DNA of 64,000 nucleotides from a candidate division TA06 bacterium (lineage in GTDB: Bacteria; Edwardsbacteria; AC1; EtOH8), in NCBI GenBank assembly GCA_016235665.1, contig JACRJI010000012.1:218543-282542 (forward strand), read 5' to 3'. The translations under genes were made by a program, and so were the position numbers. Below the pieces are notes generated by a model. The model was given only the letters and a program-made list of their open reading frames with translations, was not told the origin of the DNA and searched no databases. Below, one piece after another: positions 58,670 through 64,000 of this stretch (the stretch's first letter is position 1; the number at the start of each line of letters is the position of its first letter).

Positions 58670-59502
58670 AACTTGATCCCAAACATACCCAGAAGGCGGC
58701 GGTGGCGGTGCTGGGATCGGCCACCTTGCTGACCCTGACCGCCCTGGTCTTCATCATCGTCTTCGTGCTTCAGAAAGGCCTGCCGGTGCTGAGCTGGGCC
58801 TTTCTGACCGGTTCGCCCCAGGACATGGGCCGGGCCGGTGGGATCTTCCCGGCCATAGTGGGCTCGGTATCCCTGACCGTGCTGGCGGTGCTGCTGGCCG
58901 CGCCCCTGGGGGTGGGTACGGCGGTCTACCTGACCGAATACACCCGGGAATCACGCCTGACCGTCCTGATCCGGTTCGGGGCCGACTGCCTGGCCGGAAT
59001 ACCGTCCATCATCTTCGGCCTGTTCGGCTTCATACTGTTCGTGACCATCATGAAGATGGGCTGGTCGCTTCTGGCCGGCTCGCTGACCCTGGCCCTGATG
59101 ATCCTGCCCACTATCATCCGGACCACCGAGGAGGCCATCAAGGCGGTGCCGCTTTCCTACCGCGAGGTCAGCTATTCGCTGGGGGCCACCCGCTGGCAGA
59201 CTGTGCACAAGGTGATCCTGCCCAATGCCCTGCCCGGGATCCTGACCGGCGTGATGCTGGGTGTGGGCAGGGCTTTGGGTGAGACGGCGGCCGTCATCTT
59301 CACCGCCGGGTCATCTCTCAGGATGCCGGCCTCTGTCTTCGATTCGGTTCGGACCATGGCGGTGCACTTCTACCTGCTGGCCCGGGAGGGCATCTCGCCC
59401 GAGAATGCCTACGGGACGGCGGCGGCCCTGATCATCGCAGTACTCTCGGTGAACCTGCTGGCCTATTGGATGATGAACCGGATGGTAGCCAAAAGAGCAT
59501 AA
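58666..59502 (+). CDS. pstA: Phosphate ABC permease PstA 2
   Basis: ATGA overlap with the pstC stop at 58666; GGIFPAIVG, LAGIPSIIFGLFG and RALGETA motifs. Confidence 0.93.
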   Translation: MKLDPKHTQKAAVAVLGSATLLTLTALVFIIVFVLQKGLPVLSWAFLTGSPQDMGRAGGIFPAIVGSVSLTVLAVLLAAPLGVGTAVYLTEYTRESRLTVLIRFGADCLAGIPSIIFGLFGFILFVTIMKMGWSLLAGSLTLALMILPTIIRTTEEAIKAVPLSYREVSYSLGATRWQTVHKVILPNALPGILTGVMLGVGRALGETAAVIFTAGSSLRMPASVFDSVRTMAVHFYLLAREGISPENAYGTAAALIIAVLSVNLLAYWMMNRMVAKRA

Positions 59503-59512
59503 AGATGAACAA

Positions 59513-60268
59513 ATGCCAGTCAAAATAGCACTGAATAAATTTTCGGTCCATTACGGTCCGGACCCGCTTCTCCAGGAGATCGACCTGGTGATCCAGAGCA
59601 ATCAGATACTGGGCGTAATCGGGCCGTCCGGCTCCGGCAAGACCACCTTTCTCCGGGCCCTGAACCGGATGAACGAACTGCAGCCCGGCTTTACCACCGA
59701 GGGCCAGGTCCTACTGGACGGGGAGGACATCTACGGCCGGGATTATGACGCGGTCAGCCTGCGCAAAAAAGTGGGAATGGTGTTTGCCATGCCGGTGCCC
59801 CTGCCCATGAGCATCCACGAGAACATAATCTACGGCCCCAAACTTTCGGCCGGCCGGGGATGGAAGCATGACGAGGCAGTGGTGGAGAGCTCCTTAAAGG
59901 CGGCTTTCTTATGGGACGAGGTTAAGGACCGTTTGAAGACTTCGGCCCTAAGGCTTTCCGGCGGCCAGCAGCAGCGGCTGTGCCTGGCCCGGATCCTGGC
60001 CCTGAAGCCGGAGGTGATCCTGCTGGACGAGCCCTGCTCCGGGCTGGACCCGGTCTCCACCGCCAAGATCGAGGAGGCCTTGACCATCTTAAAGGAAAGA
60101 TATACCGTGATCCTGGTCACCAACAACACCAAGCAGGCGGCCCGGGTGGCCGACCGCACGGCCTTCTTCCTGATGGGGAAACTGGTGGAGGAGGGAGCCA
60201 CCCAGCAGATGTTCACCGCTCCGAAGGACAAGCGGACCAGCGACTACATCACCGGAAGGTTCGGCTGA
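59513..60268 (+). CDS. pstB: Phosphate ABC ATPase PstB 2 (Q-loop and H-loop degenerate)
   Basis: GPSGSGKT, VFAMP (Q to A), [17 protein letters not shown] (H to N). Confidence 0.93.
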   Translation: MPVKIALNKFSVHYGPDPLLQEIDLVIQSNQILGVIGPSGSGKTTFLRALNRMNELQPGFTTEGQVLLDGEDIYGRDYDAVSLRKKVGMVFAMPVPLPMSIHENIIYGPKLSAGRGWKHDEAVVESSLKAAFLWDEVKDRLKTSALRLSGGQQQRLCLARILALKPEVILLDEPCSGLDPVSTAKIEEALTILKERYTVILVTNNTKQAARVADRTAFFLMGKLVEEGATQQMFTAPKDKRTSDYITGRFG

Positions 60269-60285
60269 TACCGGGAAACCTTCTT

Positions 60286-60382
60286 ATCCGCAGATTAACG
60301 CAGATTATGACCACTCTTTTTTTTATATAAAACGATTTAAAGTCGAATAGATAATCTGTGTAAATCTGATAAATCTGCGGAT
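60286..60382. repeat. CAGATT decamer-periodic inverted-repeat element
   Basis: ATCCGCAGATTAACGCAGATT ... AATCTGTGTAAATCTGATAAATCTGCGGAT; same family as 27990-28167. Confidence 0.8.
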
Positions 60383-60442
60383 GAAAAAAGTGGTAAGTTT
60401 GGAGTTGGTTTTGTAAACAAAGGTCATAATATAGCATTTGCA

Positions 60443-61198
60443 ATGGATCTAAAAATTGAAATAAAGGACCTGGACCTTTTCTACGGCAGTTTCCAGGCGC
60501 TGAAGGCAGTTTCCATGCCGGTCTATGACCGGCAGATCACCGCTTTGATCGGCCCTTCCGGCTGCGGGAAGTCCACCCTGCTCCGTTCCCTGAACCGGAT
60601 GAACGACCTGATCTCCGAGGTCAGGATCAAGGGCCTGGCCCTGCTGGACGGGGTCAACATCTATGACCGGAACACCGATGTGGAACTTCTCCGGAAGAGG
60701 GTGGGAATGGTCTTTCAGCGGCCCAACCCCTTCCCGCTGTCGATCTACGAGAACGTGGTCTACGGCTTAAAGGTGGCCGGAACGAACGATAAAAGTACCC
60801 TGGACCAGACGGCGGAAAAAAGCCTGAAGGCCGCCTGGCTTTGGGACCAGCTCAAGGACAAACTACATCAGCCGGCGATCTCCCTTCCCCTGGACCAGCA
60901 GCAGCGGCTGTGCCTGGCCCGGTTGCTGGCGGTGGAGCCGGAGGTGATCCTGATGGACGAGCCCTGCTCCTCCCTGGACCCAATCGCCACCGCCAAGGTG
61001 GAGGAGCTGATGCTGGAACTGAAAAAGGATTACACCATCGTCATTGTCACCCATAACATGCAGCAGGCGGCCCGGGTCTCGGATTTCTCGGGATACATGC
61101 TGCTGGGGCAGATGATTGAGTTCGGGGAGACCAAGACGCTGTTCACCAATCCAGCGCAGAAGCTGACAGAGGATTACATCACCGGAAGGTTCGGATAA
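60443..61198 (+). CDS. pstB: Phosphate ABC ATPase PstB 3 (signature motif degenerate)
   Basis: [13 protein letters not shown], signature LPLDQQQR in place of LSGGQ, LMDEP, VTHN. Confidence 0.93.
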   Translation: MDLKIEIKDLDLFYGSFQALKAVSMPVYDRQITALIGPSGCGKSTLLRSLNRMNDLISEVRIKGLALLDGVNIYDRNTDVELLRKRVGMVFQRPNPFPLSIYENVVYGLKVAGTNDKSTLDQTAEKSLKAAWLWDQLKDKLHQPAISLPLDQQQRLCLARLLAVEPEVILMDEPCSSLDPIATAKVEELMLELKKDYTIVIVTHNMQQAARVSDFSGYMLLGQMIEFGETKTLFTNPAQKLTEDYITGRFG

Positions 61199-61211
61199 CG
61201 AAGCAATCAGG

Positions 61212-61282
61212 TATCCTCTATCCAGTATCCTGTATTCAGTAAAACAACATAGTGAATAACGGCTACTGGCCACTGACCACTA
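61212..61282. repeat. Two short heptamer runs
   Basis: TATCCTC TATCCAG TATCCTG TATTCAG; GCTACTG GCCACTG ACCACTA. Confidence 0.55.
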
Positions 61283-61317
61283 AATTATAAACAGCAAACT
61301 TACGCTGAGGTAGAAAG

Positions 61318-61986
61318 ATGGAACAAAGACATTTTGACCGGGAGCTTTTGGAGCTTAAGGAAAAGCTGTTGTTGATGGCGGCCAAGGTGGAGCAGCTGAT
61401 CAAGCAGTCCATAGAGTCCCTGATGAAGAAGGATGCGGTGCTGGCCCAGTCGCTTTTTGACCTGGACAAGGAAGTGGACAGGCTGGAGATCGAGATAGAA
61501 GAGGACGCCATCGCACTTATCGCCCGGCACCAGCCGGCGGCCGGGGACCTTCGCTTTTTGATCGGGGCCATCAAGATCAACAACGACCTGGAGCGGATCA
61601 GCGACCACGGGGTGAACATCGCCCAGAGCGCCATCCGGCTGGCGGCCCAGCCGGAGTTGAAGCCCCTGATCGACATCCCGCGGATGGCCGAGCTTTCCAT
61701 CGGCATGCTCAAGGACAGCCTGGACAGCTTCGTCAACAACGACCCGGACAAGGCCCGGGCGGTCTGCAAAAGCGACGACCAGGTGGACGACCTGAAGGAC
61801 CAGATATTCAGGGAACTGCTGACATATATGATGGAGAAGCAGGACTCCATCGGCCGGGCCATGGACCTGATCCTGGTCAGCCGGAACCTGGAACGGGTGG
61901 CCGATCTTTCCACCAACATCAGCGAGGAGGAGATCTACATCTCCGAGGCCAAGATCGTAAAGCATAATGTTCAGAAGGGGAAATGA
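61318..61986 (+). CDS. phoU: Phosphate signalling protein PhoU
   Basis: HQPAAGDLR, DLERISDH, DDQVD and LERVAD..TNI.E motifs. Confidence 0.96.
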   Translation: MEQRHFDRELLELKEKLLLMAAKVEQLIKQSIESLMKKDAVLAQSLFDLDKEVDRLEIEIEEDAIALIARHQPAAGDLRFLIGAIKINNDLERISDHGVNIAQSAIRLAAQPELKPLIDIPRMAELSIGMLKDSLDSFVNNDPDKARAVCKSDDQVDDLKDQIFRELLTYMMEKQDSIGRAMDLILVSRNLERVADLSTNISEEEIYISEAKIVKHNVQKGK

Positions 61987-62037
61987 ACGGAAGAACAGTT
62001 CACTGAATAAAAACAATCCACTGCATCAGATTGCTTA

Positions 62038-62065
62038 AAAAGGCTGGACTTTGGTCCGGCCTTTT
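62038..62065. terminator. Terminator after phoU
   Basis: AAAAGGCTGGAC-TTTG-GTCCGGCCTTTT. Confidence 0.75.
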
Positions 62066-62175
62066 ATTATAATACCGAAGTCCGGAACTATTTATGTAAC
62101 CAATGAATCCATGAACAAGGGAAATATTCCTGAATTCATGGTTTCCTTATAAATAAATCTATCTCGAAAGAAAAC

Positions 62176-64000
62176 ATGCTTAGCGAACTTCAAATAACCC
62201 AGGTCATCACCAAGGAATTGGGCCTGCAGCCTTTCCAGGTCAGCAACACTCTGGAACTTTTCGGGGAAGGGGCCACCATCCCCTTCATCGCCCGGTACCG
62301 CAAGGAGAAGACCGGCCTGCTGGACGAGGTCCAGATCCGGGATATCCGCGACCGGTTCGATTACATCAAGGAACTGGACGAGCGCAAGGCAGCCATCCTG
62401 AAAAGCATAGAGGAGCAGGGCAAACTGACCGACGAACTGAAGGCCAAGATAGAGGCCTGCCTGGTGAAGCAGGAGCTGGAGGACCTTTACCTGCCCTACA
62501 AACAGAAGCGGAAGACCAAGGGCATGGTGGCCAAGGAAAAAGGTTTGGAGCCTCTGGCCCTGTCGCTGTGGCTGCAGGAGGGAAGTTTTGACCCGCAGGC
62601 TGAGGCCGAAAGATACCTCAACCCGGAACTGGGGATCAACAGCGCCAAGGATGCCCTGGACGGGGCCCGGTACATCATAGCCGAGCTGATCTCCGACGAC
62701 GCCGAGGTCCGCAAATATCTGCGGGAGACCACTATGGCCAAGGGGATCCTGGTCTCCCAGGTCAGGGACGAGTTCAAGGAACAGAAGACCAAGTTCAACC
62801 AGTACTACGAATTCAAGGAGCCGCTTAAGCTGATCCCCTCCCACCGCTATCTGGCCATCATGCGGGGGGAGAACGAGGAAGTGCTGACCGCCAAGGTGGA
62901 TCCCCCGGTGGAAGAGATCAACCAGTATCTGCTCAACAAATTCATCAAGGACAGATCCTTTGCCCAGTACCAGTATTTGAGCGAGGTGATAGGCTTTGCC
63001 TACCGGGTTTACCTGAACACCTCCATCGAGGTGGAACTGCGGTCGGAGATCAAGGAAAAGTCCGACGCCGAGGCCATCCGGGTGTTCGCCGAGAATCTCA
63101 GGAACCTGCTGCTGGCCCCGCCGGCCGGCTCCAAGGCCATCATGGGGATAGACCCCGGACTGCGCACCGGCTGCAAGGTCGCAGTGGTGGACGAGACCGG
63201 AAAATTCATGGAATACGCCACCATCTTCCCCCACAGTTCGGCCTCCCAAAAACAGGAAGCGGCCAAGACCCTGGCGGCCCTGGCCAAGAAATACAAGCTG
63301 GAGCTGGCTTCCATCGGCAACGGCACCGCCTCCCGGGAGACCGACCAGTTCGTACGGGAGGTGATCGCGGAGCACAAGGGGATCAAGCTGCAGCCGGTGG
63401 TGGTCAGCGAATCCGGGGCCTCGGTCTACTCGGCCTCGGACCTGGCCCGGGAGGAGTTCCCGGACCTGGATGTCTCGGTCCGCGGCGCCATCTCCATCGC
63501 CCGGAGGCTGCAAGACCCGCTGGCCGAGCTTGTGAAGATAGACCCAAAATCCATCGGAGTGGGCCAGTACCAGCACGACGTCAACCAGCCCAAGCTCCGG
63601 CAGGCTCTGCACGAGACGGTGGAATCCTGCGTCAACTTCGTTGGCGTAGACCTGAACACAGCCTCCTATTCGCTGCTGTCCTACGTTTCCGGCCTAAGCG
63701 AGGCCATGGCCAAGAACATCGTCAAATACCGGGACGAGCAGGGCGCCTTCAAGAACCGGAAGGAACTTCTCAGAGTGACTAGGCTGGGGCCAAAAGCCTT
63801 TGAGCAGGCGGCGGGATTTTTAAGGATCCGGGACGGGGCCGACCCGCTGGACAATTCGGCCGTCCATCCCGAAAGCTATCCCATCGTCAAGCAGATGGCC
63901 AAGGATCTTAAAACCAAGACCGGACTGCTGGTGGGCGATCCCCTGCTGGCCGGGCAGATCGACCTGAAAAAATACGTCACTCCGGAGGTCGGACTGCCCA
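62176..64000 (+). CDS. tex: Tex family (S1/YqgF-domain) transcription accessory protein, 3' end outside window
   Basis: My translation from ATG 62176 gives GATIPFIARYRKEKTG, DLYLPYK, GIDPGLRTGCK, ESGASVYSAS, RRLQDPLAEL and IGVGQYQHDV. Missing from the track because it has no stop in the window. Confidence 0.95.
   Translation, partial: MLSELQITQVITKELGLQPFQVSNTLELFGEGATIPFIARYRKEKTGLLDEVQIRDIRDRFDYIKELDERKAAILKSIEEQGKLTDELKAKIEACLVKQELEDLYLPYKQKRKTKGMVAKEKGLEPLALSLWLQEGSFDPQAEAERYLNPELGINSAKDALDGARYIIAELISDDAEVRKYLRETTMAKGILVSQVRDEFKEQKTKFNQYYEFKEPLKLIPSHRYLAIMRGENEEVLTAKVDPPVEEINQYLLNKFIKDRSFAQYQYLSEVIGFAYRVYLNTSIEVELRSEIKEKSDAEAIRVFAENLRNLLLAPPAGSKAIMGIDPGLRTGCKVAVVDETGKFMEYATIFPHSSASQKQEAAKTLAALAKKYKLELASIGNGTASRETDQFVREVIAEHKGIKLQPVVVSESGASVYSASDLAREEFPDLDVSVRGAISIARRLQDPLAELVKIDPKSIGVGQYQHDVNQPKLRQALHETVESCVNFVGVDLNTASYSLLSYVSGLSEAMAKNIVKYRDEQGAFKNRKELLRVTRLGPKAFEQAAGFLRIRDGADPLDNSAVHPESYPIVKQMAKDLKTKTGLLVGDPLLAGQIDLKKYVTPEVGLP

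Noticed and set aside
57967-59502. 511-aa ORF that looks like an N-terminally extended PstA
   Set aside because: The first 233 codons are an out-of-frame shadow of pstC2. The real pstA starts at the ATGA overlap at 58666.
11556-63612. Long antisense ORFs (for example 11556-12623, 23640-24623, 26602-27693, 28503-29801, 41387-42409, 62092-63612)
   Set aside because: Each lies opposite a well-supported gene and has no family motifs; this is expected from GC-rich codon bias.

Overview
A gene-dense chromosomal window from a diderm bacterium of moderately high GC. LptD, a porin and four secreted proteins ending in an FlgD-Ig/T9SS-like C-terminal domain suggest an FCB-adjacent candidate lineage such as TA06/Edwardsbacteria (inference only). 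Contents in order: (1) housekeeping block ileS(partial)-dksA/traR-lspA-lptD-M23-capA-ferredoxin-aor-dtd-rpsO-pnp; (2) secreted S8 protease and Kelch protein, a CsgG-like protein and secDF; (3) a tdh-satP-acpS-acs-carrier protein-kbl-kbl cluster that looks like a carrier-protein-dependent acetate/glycine/threonine pathway; (4) tRNA-Val(TAC) followed by a candidate sigma54 promoter, a small wHTH gene and a divergent chaperone-usher-like pilus locus (minor pilin, large adhesin, two tandem major pilins, chaperone, usher-like barrel with TPR tail, second chaperone with TPR tail); (5) a ~16 kb phosphate regulon (phoBR, an unannotated 54-aa membrane protein, PHP esterase, porin, pstSCAB, DUF47-pit, a second pstSCA with two complementary-degenerate pstB genes, phoU) with TT(A/T/C)ACA-type boxes at 11-bp spacing; (6) partial tex. 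Many intergenic gaps hold small palindromic or heptamer repeat elements of several families. I found no CRISPR array, rRNA, integrase or transposase. All family assignments come from motif recognition, not database searches.
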